A stretch of 64,000 nucleotides of DNA from an uncultured Candidatus Poseidoniales archaeon (GTDB taxonomy: Archaea > Thermoplasmatota > Poseidoniia > Poseidoniales > Poseidoniaceae). The stretch covers positions 11,170 through 75,169 of the forward strand of contig CAJJCP010000015.1 of NCBI GenBank assembly GCA_905182715.1, read 5' to 3'. Under the pieces are notes generated by a model that saw only the letters and a list, made by a program, of their open reading frames with translations, was not told the DNA's origin and did no database searches. The translations under genes and the position numbers were made by a program. Shown here piece after piece: positions 1 to 9,578 of the stretch; the first letter of the stretch is position 1; each line of letters opens with the position of its first letter.

Positions 1-3000
1 CCGGTCCAAATGACGTTCTGGCCATCTTGTTGCATTCCAAGCAACGTTGAACCAGCACCAATTGTTACTGTTCGGGTCGCATCTCGCATAACCCAATGCA
101 CCATCTGACTCGAACCAGTGAGGTCGGCATCTTCAGTTCCATGGAATTCGACTGGGACATAACTGAGGTCATTGTTTGCCGAAATATCGATGATATTGAG
201 AGGAGATATTCGTCGAACTACACGAGGTGCAGCATCATCGACAACAACTTGTAATGTGGTAGAAACCAATGTTCCAGTCATGTCTTCTCCTCTTCCTGGG
301 ATATTGGTGATGGAGATGAGACAAGTTCGGGTTGGAGATGATTGAAGGGTTGTAGCAGAGGATAAGGGGACTTCAACAGAGAACTCTCCGGAAGAACTGA
401 TCGAACCATCGCTCCACATCTTTTCACCATCGAACACTTCGATAAGAATACCTACATCCCGAGGTGCAGCGACTGTGCTGCCTTCATAGACGACACGGCC
501 AGTAAATGCCAAACGGTCGTCCTTTCGTACACGACTTCCATCGGCTACAATCCCAGTTCTTGGCTCAGATACATCTTCTACGAAGTATTCTGTCGGCGAG
601 AGCATCAAATCATTTTCGACTCGGAAGGTATGTTCAAGTAACAAGATTTGTGAATCATCCATCGAACCTCTTTCTTTGAACACTAAGGCAACATCGCCCA
701 TTTCTTCATCTGGCCAATCCCAGCCGATGACAAATTCAAACGTAACAATAATCCAAGGGAGTCCTGATTCATTCGTCGTTTCTTGCATGGTACTCGATGT
801 CATCAAGGTGATGAAATCACTTTCAGACCAAAACGTATTGTTCATTCCAGAATATGAAATGCGTTGTGCATCCCGCATGGGATTCGGCCCTTCGAAATCA
901 AACACCAAGGAAATGTGTTCAAAGTCAATAGCGGTGTTTGCATCAATGAAACCAAGAGTGATGACTTGCTTCATGCCAGCGAAAACCGGTCCATCATCGA
1001 CATGTCCGAACCATTCTAATCCAGTGAATACAGCTGTCGAATCTTTGCGAGTACGGAATGTAGCATCATCGTAAAGGAAGCCTGGTCCAGATTGGAATTC
1101 TAGAACGATACCATCTTCATCCATATGCGTGTAATGCAATGGATTACCTGCTTGGTCTCCTCCAGTCCAGTAGTAAGATACACGTCCCATATTCGGGTTT
1201 CGAGTATGGTCAATCGTAGTGATGAACCACTTGTTCTTTGCTTCGGTTGTGTTGTAAACTGTTTTGCTCACATATTCTTCTGGGTCTGCCTCACCATTGC
1301 GGTTGAGGTCATGGTCTGCTTCAACCCAATACATCAATTCAAGAGCCATTGGATGGCCAACATCATCGTTGACTAAGACCTTGACCTCTTGGACTTGGCT
1401 TGCTGCTTCATAGCCATCATCAACCGGTACGAAATCGTTACGGTGAGGTGATGTAGCATCGACCAAGAAAGTACGTTGCCAGTCAAGATTTGGCTGCATA
1501 ACATGCGTTGGTTCCTTTTCGTTATAGGTTTGAACTTCGTAGGTTAAACCAGATTCGACATCAATATCTGGAAGGTCAACTGAGATGAAGAAACTACCAT
1601 TGTTGTTGGTCGTATCTCGTGCAGTACTTTCGACCCAGCCATTACGTGATACTCGGACATCGAACGCGCTGTCTCTTGGAGCATCTTCGGTGTTTTGGAA
1701 CCACATTGCACCTTGGAAATGAAGTGTTTCACCTGCGGCAACCCACGAATTTGTGGGGACATCATCCATAATCAATGCGCCATCATTGTCGCGAACTTTC
1801 AACCATCCAAGTCCAAAGGTGCGGTTGACTTCCAATCCAGTAACACTCGTAAGGTCGAGTGGTGAATATCCTGCTGAGCCAGAGTTATCTAAACATCCGG
1901 TTCTGAATCGGACGTTACTTTGGTCAGGGAATTCTGAAGTTACATGGAAGATCCAATGAATTTCGAGAATTCCATTGTTTTCAGACGACCATGAACTTAT
2001 GTCCAGTTCGATGTAATCTTCCGGATCATTCGGTTGAGGGAAGACATCTCCATTTTGCCAATAAAAAGTCGGGTTCTTCGCAATGGAATTTGTCACAAGT
2101 GTAAGTGTTGCTTCGGTCATGGCGGAGGCATCTTCGCCGATGATGTGCCGAGTTACTACTTCGTAAGGAGCCAACCGTTCATGGAGGATTTCGCCTTCGG
2201 GTATATCGATGTCAAGATTGACCGTGTTCATGGTGTAGGTGACTGCGAAAGATTCGAGAATTAAGATTCCCGAGGATGCAGCGACCAAATCAATAGAAAT
2301 GTTACTGAAACCAGTACCAGTATCTGGAATCGCATCGTTAAAACGTTTGAGTAGATTGTTGCTCCCACTCGTCTGATGCGTAATGGTCAACGGCCCGAGC
2401 AATGCACCATCTTGTGATGCACGCGACCAGCCTGATTTTCCATCAATGTTGATTCCTGGTTGAGTTGGAGCATTCGAATGTTGGGCAATAGAAATGTTCG
2501 ATATGGAGGGTGTTGCACCAGAATTAGAAGTTCCGAGTACAACACGCATGCAGAGATAGTACCCCGTCCCAGTCACTGATTTGGTTTGATTTGATTGAGT
2601 GAACGTCAAAACTCCAGCACTACCGGGTGTACATGTGCTCGAAGTTGTGTATCCAAAGTAGACACGAATCGAAGTACTCGGAGGCAAGACTTCATCCCAT
2701 GTAATCGTTGCAGCAACGACATTCTTTATTCCAGAACCTACATACTGGTAGGTATACATATTCGCTGAAGAAACATAAGAGGTGATGTATTGAATGCCAA
2801 CTCCATCGAGGATTGGTGCTTTATTCGTGGTTCCATTGAGGCTTGCTCGCCAGACGAACGTTGTACTAGTTTGAGCAAAATTAACAGTTTGCCCAGCATT
2901 CACGTGCCTCCAAGTCGTACCTCCATCGTTGGAAATGTCCACATCGATACTGGTTCCAGTAGGCATGTATCCAAGGATGCTGCTGATCTTCAAGGTATCA

Positions 3001-4346
3001 ATTGCCTTCGAAGTGGTGAACGAAGTCCCCATAATTGTTGCACTTGTGGAAGAGTGGCTCCGTTCATCATACAAAGCTCCGTCTCCAAAGTTGTTGATTT
3101 TGTGGCGTGTACTCGTGCTGCAATAGGCTGTGCTGTAGTAGTGGCAAGAGAAACTAAATTGCCCAAGTTCCGATTCAACCATTCCATAATGACCACCTTC
3201 TGGCACAGGCACTTCACCCATATGTTCGATGAAGTTTCCATTCATAGTGAAAAAATGATGGTATGAGTCGTAGGTATACCCGACTCCACTTACGTATTGC
3301 TGGTCATATTCGTTGTAGATAATGGTCGGCATGTTGACAATCATTCCAGCCCCATAACGGGAGACAGTTGAGCCGGTGGCTAAGGTCCATGTGCCCTGGA
3401 TTGACGATGGAGAACTCTTGCTTACTTCATTGAGGTAATGTGCGTTTGCTGAATAGGAATACGTTGCGACATACAGTTTGCCAGTCGCATCATCGATGTC
3501 GACTCCAGTGACGTAATTACTGCTGTACTGCCATGAACTGTCACATCGCCACGACTTTGCAGTGCCTGTTGTGATAATGGACCATTTTGTCATGTAATAG
3601 CTGGTATAATGGGCGGTGTAAACTGTACTTCCATCAACGGTGGCATCGACCATATTGTAGTATTGAGACGTACTGCAACCGTTGGTACTGAGTGAGGCTG
3701 TACCAATATAGGCCCCAGTCGTCGAGTTAATTCGAAGAATTGTTGGGGTATTGTACAAACTCGAAGATGAATATTTCATGATGTGGTATTCGTAGTCAAC
3801 CAAGACAACTACGCCGATGTAGCCCCATGAGGCGCTTGTGCTGACCGTTGATTGTGAGAATTTTTTCGTTAGGCCGGTGTATCCTTGATCGACTAAAGAA
3901 ACGAATTGGCCGGTGGTGTTTTGATGAGCGCCGATTTTTGATTGAACCTGTGAAGTACGACCAAAATCAATTGATTGAAGAGACGGGTTGCCTTTGAGTG
4001 ACATCGTCTGTGAAGCAACATCCACATTTGAACGACTTCCTGAGGTGAACGGTGAAGGTGCAGAGCCAGACCAGAGGCCGTCGCCCGCTCCGCCGAAATG
4101 TGAATTCGTCGTGAAATTGGTATACGATGTTGAACTTGCTTCCCCTTTCAAGTTAAATTGCGCTGCGGTGACTTCTGCTCCGAATGGAATCGTAAGATAA
4201 CCGGCTGTGCCATTGCCGGTACCAGCAAAGGTGTGACTGTAGGAAGAAGTACCGTCCGAAAACTGAGTCTCAACCGTGGCACTGGATGCCATTGGTCCGA
4301 ATAACGATACTGTGAATATGAGAATTAAAAAGATTGCTTTTTGCAT
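1..4346 (-). CDS. Large secreted repeat-rich surface protein, 3' end cut by the window edge (>1448 aa)
   Basis: Absent from the ORF track because no stop lies in the window. The reverse-strand ATG at 4346-4344 gives MQKAIFLILIFTVSLFGPMASSA..., which looks like a signal peptide. I spot-translated this frame at 4346-3360, 2459-2400 and 59-1 and saw no stops. Only short ORFs occur in the other frames across 4.3 kb. Composition is S/T/Y/G-rich with beta-strand-like repeats such as YVTGVDIDDATGKLYVATYSYS. Confidence 0.75.
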   Translation of the reverse strand, partial: MQKAIFLILIFTVSLFGPMASSATVETQFSDGTSSYSHTFAGTGNGTAGYLTIPFGAEVTAAQFNLKGEASSTSYTNFTTNSHFGGAGDGLWSGSAPSPFTSGSRSNVDVASQTMSLKGNPSLQSIDFGRTSQVQSKIGAHQNTTGQFVSLVDQGYTGLTKKFSQSTVSTSASWGYIGVVVLVDYEYHIMKYSSSSLYNTPTILRINSTTGAYIGTASLSTNGCSTSQYYNMVDATVDGSTVYTAHYTSYYMTKWSIITTGTAKSWRCDSSWQYSSNYVTGVDIDDATGKLYVATYSYSANAHYLNEVSKSSPSSIQGTWTLATGSTVSRYGAGMIVNMPTIIYNEYDQQYVSGVGYTYDSYHHFFTMNGNFIEHMGEVPVPEGGHYGMVESELGQFSFSCHYYSTAYCSTSTRHKINNFGDGALYDERSHSSTSATIMGTSFTTSKAIDTLKISSILGYMPTGTSIDVDISNDGGTTWRHVNAGQTVNFAQTSTTFVWRASLNGTTNKAPILDGVGIQYITSYVSSANMYTYQYVGSGIKNVVAATITWDEVLPPSTSIRVYFGYTTSSTCTPGSAGVLTFTQSNQTKSVTGTGYYLCMRVVLGTSNSGATPSISNISIAQHSNAPTQPGINIDGKSGWSRASQDGALLGPLTITHQTSGSNNLLKRFNDAIPDTGTGFSNISIDLVAASSGILILESFAVTYTMNTVNLDIDIPEGEILHERLAPYEVVTRHIIGEDASAMTEATLTLVTNSIAKNPTFYWQNGDVFPQPNDPEDYIELDISSWSSENNGILEIHWIFHVTSEFPDQSNVRFRTGCLDNSGSAGYSPLDLTSVTGLEVNRTFGLGWLKVRDNDGALIMDDVPTNSWVAAGETLHFQGAMWFQNTEDAPRDSAFDVRVSRNGWVESTARDTTNNNGSFFISVDLPDIDVESGLTYEVQTYNEKEPTHVMQPNLDWQRTFLVDATSPHRNDFVPVDDGYEAASQVQEVKVLVNDDVGHPMALELMYWVEADHDLNRNGEADPEEYVSKTVYNTTEAKNKWFITTIDHTRNPNMGRVSYYWTGGDQAGNPLHYTHMDEDGIVLEFQSGPGFLYDDATFRTRKDSTAVFTGLEWFGHVDDGPVFAGMKQVITLGFIDANTAIDFEHISLVFDFEGPNPMRDAQRISYSGMNNTFWSESDFITLMTSSTMQETTNESGLPWIIVTFEFVIGWDWPDEEMGDVALVFKERGSMDDSQILLLEHTFRVENDLMLSPTEYFVEDVSEPRTGIVADGSRVRKDDRLAFTGRVVYEGSTVAAPRDVGILIEVFDGEKMWSDGSISSSGEFSVEVPLSSATTLQSSPTRTCLISITNIPGRGEDMTGTLVSTTLQVVVDDAAPRVVRRISPLNIIDISANNDLSYVPVEFHGTEDADLTGSSQMVHWVMRDATRTVTIGAGSTLLGMQQDGQNVIWT

Positions 4347-4482
4347 TTAAATCACCGTTGTCCCTCAATGGGCCTTTGGCCCACACGCTGCAAAGCATTT
4401 GAACTTCGCCCCGTCAGGTCACTCATCCAAGCGATAGGAAAAAGAAGGCCAGCGTCCCTGCTACCACTGAGGGGAGAAGCAT

Positions 4483-4863
4483 ATGGGTCTAATTTCAAAC
4501 TGGTGGAAAAAACAACACGGGCGGCAATTAGGCATCACTGCGACGCTTTCAGGTGCTCTAGGAATCCTTCTTGGCATCTCTGCATATCAATTACTTTTCC
4601 TTCCAGACCATGTTTCCTGGGGAGATTATACCGGGCAATCAATAGGATTAGCATTTTTTTCATCCATTGCTCTGTTAATTGTGCTCCCAGAATTTCTTTC
4701 ATTGCGTGGTCATGTCAGCACTCTTGAAGAACTCCAATCGATTGATTCGACCTCTGAACTTCGTCGACGTAAAGAAGAAGGGAATGAAGCAGCAGATGTC
4801 TTAGGAGCTGGACATGCACTTACATGGACGGCATTCCTTGAAAGCAAAGGACTTCGACGGTGA
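4483..4863 (+). CDS. Small membrane protein, unknown function
   Basis: The ATG is preceded by GAGGGGAG. Hydrophobic segments are LGITATLSGALGILLGISAYQLLFL and GLAFFSSIALLIVLPEF. Its stop overlaps the GTG start of the next gene (GTGA). Confidence 0.5.
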   Translation: MGLISNWWKKQHGRQLGITATLSGALGILLGISAYQLLFLPDHVSWGDYTGQSIGLAFFSSIALLIVLPEFLSLRGHVSTLEELQSIDSTSELRRRKEEGNEAADVLGAGHALTWTAFLESKGLRR

Positions 4864-5945
4864 ACTTGAGGGGAGAAGGCTTGAGTGACAGTGACCCGCT
4901 GAAGACTTTGTTCCGAGAACTTCTTCTTGCAGCCGGAATGATTGGTCTACTCATTTTAGCATTATATGCACACACCGGTTCAATGCCGCCTTTAGTTGTC
5001 GTTGAATCCTCGTCAATGATTCATGATATCGATGGAGAAGTCGGTAGTATCGACGCAGGTGATTTAGTTTTAGTTCATAATCAAGAGTTTGATACTATCG
5101 TTACCTTTGCTGAAGCCACCGACCCTGATAATTCAAAATATGGATATTCACAACACGGGCTTGGAGGAGATGTCATCATTTACAAGAAGAATGGTGAGGC
5201 AGGAACCCCGATTATTCATCGAGCAATTATGGAGGTGGTTCCGAATGAAATCATCACACCGGACCGAAGTGCGCCTTCGAATGCGTCGGACAGTGAACGT
5301 TGCCCTGAAGGCGGAACATTCGACGCGGAGTCCTATGATGGAGAAGGTGTTCTCGGCGTTTGTGTCTTGACCTGGGATGTTCCGGGTACCGATGTTCGAA
5401 ATGTGGAGACAGTCACCGTTCACTTTGATGGTATTCAGGCTGGATTTTACGATTGCAATCGTCCAGTACATGCCAATGTAGAGACCCATTTGGTTGTCTG
5501 GCAATGGCAACCACGGCACGCAGGTATCCTTACTCTTGGAGATAACAACAATTGTTCAGTCGATCAAGGGTCACAAGCAGTGAACGGTTCTTCAGGCGTA
5601 CACAGTGCATCTGGCACGGTAGGGCCAATACGAGGCTCTTGGCTCATTGGAGTTGGTGGTGGAGAAATCCCTTGGCTTGGAACGGTTAAACTGATGGTTA
5701 GTGGTGAAGGCACTCCCGGGACGACATATGTTCCGAGTTCATCGTTTTTGATTTTATTCACTTTGGTGGGGGGTGTTCTTGTTTTACCCATGGTTCTTGA
5801 ACCAGCGGTTCGCAGATTCATGTCCAAAGCACCTGAATTCGAGCAAGCAATGTCCGAACATAAGAAGAAAAAGCCCGGTCGCAAAATTTTGGAAGACGAT
5901 TCAGCGGGGGATGGTCTAAATGCGCCCGATTATGAATCAGAATAA
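4860..5945 (+). CDS. Signal peptidase I, archaeal/eukaryal Sec11 (S26B) type, with a large internal insertion
   Basis: It has an N-terminal TM segment, the motif VVVESSSMIHD...GDLVLV (catalytic Ser box), IIHRAI (His box) and LTLGDNN (the GDNN box). A C-terminal TM segment is followed by a charged tail. Confidence 0.75.
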   Translation: MNLRGEGLSDSDPLKTLFRELLLAAGMIGLLILALYAHTGSMPPLVVVESSSMIHDIDGEVGSIDAGDLVLVHNQEFDTIVTFAEATDPDNSKYGYSQHGLGGDVIIYKKNGEAGTPIIHRAIMEVVPNEIITPDRSAPSNASDSERCPEGGTFDAESYDGEGVLGVCVLTWDVPGTDVRNVETVTVHFDGIQAGFYDCNRPVHANVETHLVVWQWQPRHAGILTLGDNNNCSVDQGSQAVNGSSGVHSASGTVGPIRGSWLIGVGGGEIPWLGTVKLMVSGEGTPGTTYVPSSSFLILFTLVGGVLVLPMVLEPAVRRFMSKAPEFEQAMSEHKKKKPGRKILEDDSAGDGLNAPDYESE

Positions 5946-6683
5946 TTATTCTTGAATCGCTTCTTCCAGTGTCAATTCACCACATGCAACTTCATATGCT
6001 ACATTTGAGGAAATTGTTTTTCTTCCGTTACTTCTTTTTCGACTTTGTCTTTGAATTTCTCTGATTTCACCTATAGTCGGTTGAATTTCTCTGAACTCCC
6101 AGACATGTTCTCCAGAAAGTAGCGCGATTCTTATCGCTGAAATGACATGGTTGTGCCGAAGTAAACCCCGTGAGGTTTTGGCTTCATTCACTATTTCGAC
6201 CTCAAGTTGGTGAGTGAGGCAATCGTTAATGATTTGATCACGACTCAACGGAGCCCCATCGCCAATTCGTATGACCATTCGTTTAAATTCAAGAGCGGAT
6301 GAGATTCCAATTATTTGTGCTGCAATATTTTCGATACGTTCAAACTGTGCAACACCTAAAACGACGCCATCGGCTAACCAAGCAATACCTGGGCGTGGAC
6401 CGGGGTCAACCCCAAAGCAAAGTTGGTGTACTTCTGTGATGCCTCTCTGAAGGCGTACTGCATTGTCGACCGCCGCTTTGACAGAGACACTTGACGCTGC
6501 AATTGGTTTTCCTTCATCGCGGTATGTAGCGACCTCAATGTCATTGCCAAACCAAATCATATCCTGTTCCGGAAGTACAGCATCATGTTCGAGAAGAATA
6601 AACCTCAGTCCTCGACGCTTGAGTTCAGTCATTAGCCGAAAAGCCAATTTGAAGTCGATGGTGCGAATTGCGAGGCGAGGCAC
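5946..6683 (-). CDS. RNase H-fold (RuvC/YqgF-like) putative nuclease
   Basis: CFGVDPGPRPGIAWLADGVVLGV resembles the first strand-turn-strand of RNase H-fold nucleases (G.DPG...GiA). The basic C-terminal tail is REIQRQSRKRSNGRK. The family assignment is from memory of COG2433/DUF460-like archaeal proteins and has not been verified. Confidence 0.4.
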   Translation of the reverse strand: MPRLAIRTIDFKLAFRLMTELKRRGLRFILLEHDAVLPEQDMIWFGNDIEVATYRDEGKPIAASSVSVKAAVDNAVRLQRGITEVHQLCFGVDPGPRPGIAWLADGVVLGVAQFERIENIAAQIIGISSALEFKRMVIRIGDGAPLSRDQIINDCLTHQLEVEIVNEAKTSRGLLRHNHVISAIRIALLSGEHVWEFREIQPTIGEIREIQRQSRKRSNGRKTISSNVAYEVACGELTLEEAIQE

Positions 6684-6814
6684 AATGGAAAGTGTATGTT
6701 CCGCGATTAACTATCCTTCCGCTCTTACGGGCTTGATTTGGGGTTGTCATAAACCTTGATTGTTGTGGGACTTCTACCGAAGTCATCAAGAACGATTGAC
6801 GGTGATGAAGGGTT

Positions 6815-7492
6815 GTGTCGAGCCAGTATGAGCGGGAATTGAGACAGGTTCTTGCTGGAGTTCCAAAAGGTGTTGAAGCGGTCATTCGTTCTTGTAATCC
6901 TCTTGAGAAGCAAAAGATGCGTCAGGTGTTACAACGCCCTTTCTTAGTGGTACGAGCCGCAGGTTCTGGAATGGAAGGTACCGGTGATTTACTCGCTTTA
7001 CGCGGAGATTTATGTTTTCCTATTGAAGTGAAATCGACCCGTCCGAAGAAACTCTACCTCTCTGGTCGAACCAAACTTCAGTATGAAGCGATGGTCACTG
7101 AAGGTGAACGATGTAATTTGATGCCGCTCTACGCACACCGACAAAAAGGAATGCGAGGTGATTCATGGCGTATTTTCAGAGTCGAAACCAGTAATCTTTC
7201 AGGCAGACTTCGCCAACTGGAAAAATCAATTCCACCATTCCCTACCACGAGAAACGGTTCTGTCTACCTCAATTGGGAAGATGGCATGCCACTGCATGCC
7301 TTTATCGCCTTAGTCTGCTCTTCTGCTGGTGCTGAGAATCATGCTTTACACAACTTAGAGGTTCGAACACTTCGAACGAATGTTTTTGCAAAACCCCTCC
7401 CGACAACACAACTTGAAGACATTCTTCCCGCACAGACCATCTCCGAAAAACCACTCGATGTTCTGGCAGAACTAGCGCGACGTCGTTCTTAA
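6815..7492 (+). CDS. hjc: Holliday junction resolvase Hjc (archaeal type) with a ~100 aa C-terminal extension
   Basis: YERELRQVL...VVRAAGSG...GDLLALRGDLCFPIEVKS carries the E...D...E.K nuclease motif typical of Hjc. The start codon is GTG. Confidence 0.7.
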   Translation: MSSQYERELRQVLAGVPKGVEAVIRSCNPLEKQKMRQVLQRPFLVVRAAGSGMEGTGDLLALRGDLCFPIEVKSTRPKKLYLSGRTKLQYEAMVTEGERCNLMPLYAHRQKGMRGDSWRIFRVETSNLSGRLRQLEKSIPPFPTTRNGSVYLNWEDGMPLHAFIALVCSSAGAENHALHNLEVRTLRTNVFAKPLPTTQLEDILPAQTISEKPLDVLAELARRRS

Positions 7493-8950
7493 TCAGAAAT
7501 AAGGTATGACGAGTACGAACAATAGCATGATCAAAAGAACAACTGATGACAGGCTCGATGCTTTGTTTGAAACATGGTCAATCCACATTGGATGGAGGTT
7601 CCATAATTTTGTTTTCTTTCCAATCCTTTTCACTCGATTAAGCGTACCTTTAATCCAATCTTTGAACAAATGACCGCCATCAAACGGTACCATCGGAATG
7701 AGGTTGGTAAATCCGAGTAGAATATTCACCCACATCAGCCAAAAGAAAAAATTAACGAAGAACAGCAGCCCACTCAGCCCGAGTGTGTCTCCAAGTATAC
7801 CGTCAGTTGGTGTAAGCATGGCCTCCTCTACAGGATACATCGAAACACCTTGAAGTTCAAACGGAATGATCATCATGTTGACGATATGAACCGGAGTATA
7901 GGCTACCTGGAAAAGAACGCCTCCGTCAAAGCGAGGTGAAAAAGGTCCCGCAAGTCGGTCGATTCCTTCAGTTCCTTCACTGATTCCTTCTACGCCGACA
8001 AAAGCATCTCCTTGCTTTATTCCAATCGTCTCGAGATTGGAAGGGCTCCAGCCGAGTTGAATATAGTAATCGTACTTGTCAGAAAGTAGGAGTTCAATAC
8101 TTTCCAATGACCCATTTTCGTGTTTGACATCGACAATGATGGTGTCGTTTGCTTGGTAATTTTGAAGGATCGATTGAAACCCTTCAACGCCATCCACTTC
8201 TTCGCCATCAATCTGAAGAATAGTGTCCCATGGTTGCATTCCAGCATCATCTGCACCCGCATCCTTGATGACGCCGCGTACGTGAGGGTTGTCAGAAGTT
8301 GAAGTGAAATTAGCTGCAAGTCCTCCTAAAAGCATCAAACAAATGAATGCTGCAAATAAATTGGTGGCAGGCCCTGCGGCAAACATTCGCATACGCTCCT
8401 TTCGAGGCGCTTTGTGCAATTCTTGGTATTGAGGTTCAGCAAATGCACCAAGTGGGAGTGGGCCTAATTGGAGAAGTCCAAACGAACGAATACGCATACC
8501 ATGCGCTCGAGCCAGTAATCCGTGTCCAAATTCATGTATGACTAATGCGATGATGAATGCCATCGCTCCCCAGCCCAATGGAATCATTGGATTTATCCCT
8601 GGTATGGCTACAAGTTCACTGGCTGTGGGTGGACTTGCAGTTGGAGGATTGAGCAGGCTCGTGACGAAAGCCAGTATCATCAAGAGAGCGACTAAAAACA
8701 TGGAAAAGAGGCAAACCCATAGAGCGACTTCTCCATAGATTCTCCAAAACCGACGTGGTCGTGCGATACGGTCAAGTGTTTTCAGACCCCAATTGCTCCG
8801 TACCATCAACACGACACCAAAGACTCGTGTGGCGTTCCAGCGGTCAAGTGTGCCATTTCGTTCCCAAACACGTAGCATAAGATACCATGCCAAGATGAGG
8901 ATGAGCACGACTTTCCAGTCGGCTTCAACTGAACCCCATGCACCATCCAT
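7493..8950 (-). CDS. M50 family site-2 metalloprotease with PDZ domain (RseP/S2P-like)
   Basis: Motifs are HEFGHGLLARAHG (HExxH), NLIPMVPFDGGH (the second metal-binding motif) and a PDZ-like insert (GVIKDAGADDAGMQPWDTILQIDGEEV). The protein has multiple TM segments. The longest ORF reaches 9217, but I prefer the ATG at 8950 (MDGAWGS...). That start removes the overlap with the divergent gene and matches typical N-termini of this family. Confidence 0.85.
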   Translation of the reverse strand: MDGAWGSVEADWKVVLILILAWYLMLRVWERNGTLDRWNATRVFGVVLMVRSNWGLKTLDRIARPRRFWRIYGEVALWVCLFSMFLVALLMILAFVTSLLNPPTASPPTASELVAIPGINPMIPLGWGAMAFIIALVIHEFGHGLLARAHGMRIRSFGLLQLGPLPLGAFAEPQYQELHKAPRKERMRMFAAGPATNLFAAFICLMLLGGLAANFTSTSDNPHVRGVIKDAGADDAGMQPWDTILQIDGEEVDGVEGFQSILQNYQANDTIIVDVKHENGSLESIELLLSDKYDYYIQLGWSPSNLETIGIKQGDAFVGVEGISEGTEGIDRLAGPFSPRFDGGVLFQVAYTPVHIVNMMIIPFELQGVSMYPVEEAMLTPTDGILGDTLGLSGLLFFVNFFFWLMWVNILLGFTNLIPMVPFDGGHLFKDWIKGTLNRVKRIGKKTKLWNLHPMWIDHVSNKASSLSSVVLLIMLLFVLVIPYF

Positions 8951-9034
8951 GGTTGGGGCAAACGGTCCTTCTCCTTGAATCTTGACAGGCCCCCTCTCAA
9001 CAAAGTTGATGATGGTTCGCCAAAACCCACTGTC

Positions 9035-9577
9035 ATGGACACCTATCGAGCGGCGCTGGAACAATGGTGTGAAAAGGAATGGGGCCAGTCTCCGGAAGCC
9101 ATTTGCGAATGGTGTGCAGATGAAGATATTGCTCAGGTATTTATGCGCCTCAAACAAAGTGTACTCATTGCCGACTTTGTCGTCGAAGACGACGGCTCTT
9201 TGACTTGTAAAGAACATCTACAAGTTCCTCAAGATCGTTGGAACCCCGGTTCAATCCAAGCCATTCGAACCGCAGATGGTCGTGTTCGCTTTCGTCATCG
9301 GAACTTGGAAATTCACCTTGCAGCTCGACTACGTGCCCCTGAATGGGGGCAGGCCATGCTCGAAGAATGGTTGATGGGTCAACGTGGAGAGGTGCTCCGA
9401 CCTAAAGACCGAACACAACGTATCGCATCCATTAATCGCGCTAAAATGAGCATAGAGCGGAATTTAAATCATTCAAATCTCGATGCCGTTCGAATGGATT
9501 TTCTAGCAACCACGGTATCTTTGCAATCAATAGAGAATAAATTGAATTCTCGAACTCGTTCCGACGAATCAGAGTGA
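9035..9577 (+). CDS. Hypothetical protein
   Basis: The ORF is 8975-9577. I prefer the ATG at 9035 (MDTYRAALEQW...). I recognised no domain. Cys pairs occur at CEWC and CKEH. Confidence 0.4.
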   Translation: MDTYRAALEQWCEKEWGQSPEAICEWCADEDIAQVFMRLKQSVLIADFVVEDDGSLTCKEHLQVPQDRWNPGSIQAIRTADGRVRFRHRNLEIHLAARLRAPEWGQAMLEEWLMGQRGEVLRPKDRTQRIASINRAKMSIERNLNHSNLDAVRMDFLATTVSLQSIENKLNSRTRSDESE

Positions 9578-9578
9578 A

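Noticed and set aside
676-4200. Numerous 60-160 aa plus-strand (and two minus-strand) ORFs listed in the track
   Set aside because: All lie inside the long uninterrupted minus-strand ORF 1-4346 and have no recognisable motifs. They are shadow ORFs.
8951-9217. N-terminal 89 aa extension of the M50 protease ORF
   Set aside because: It overlaps the divergent ORF on the other strand and has no protease-family features. The internal ATG at 8950 gives a typical N-terminus.
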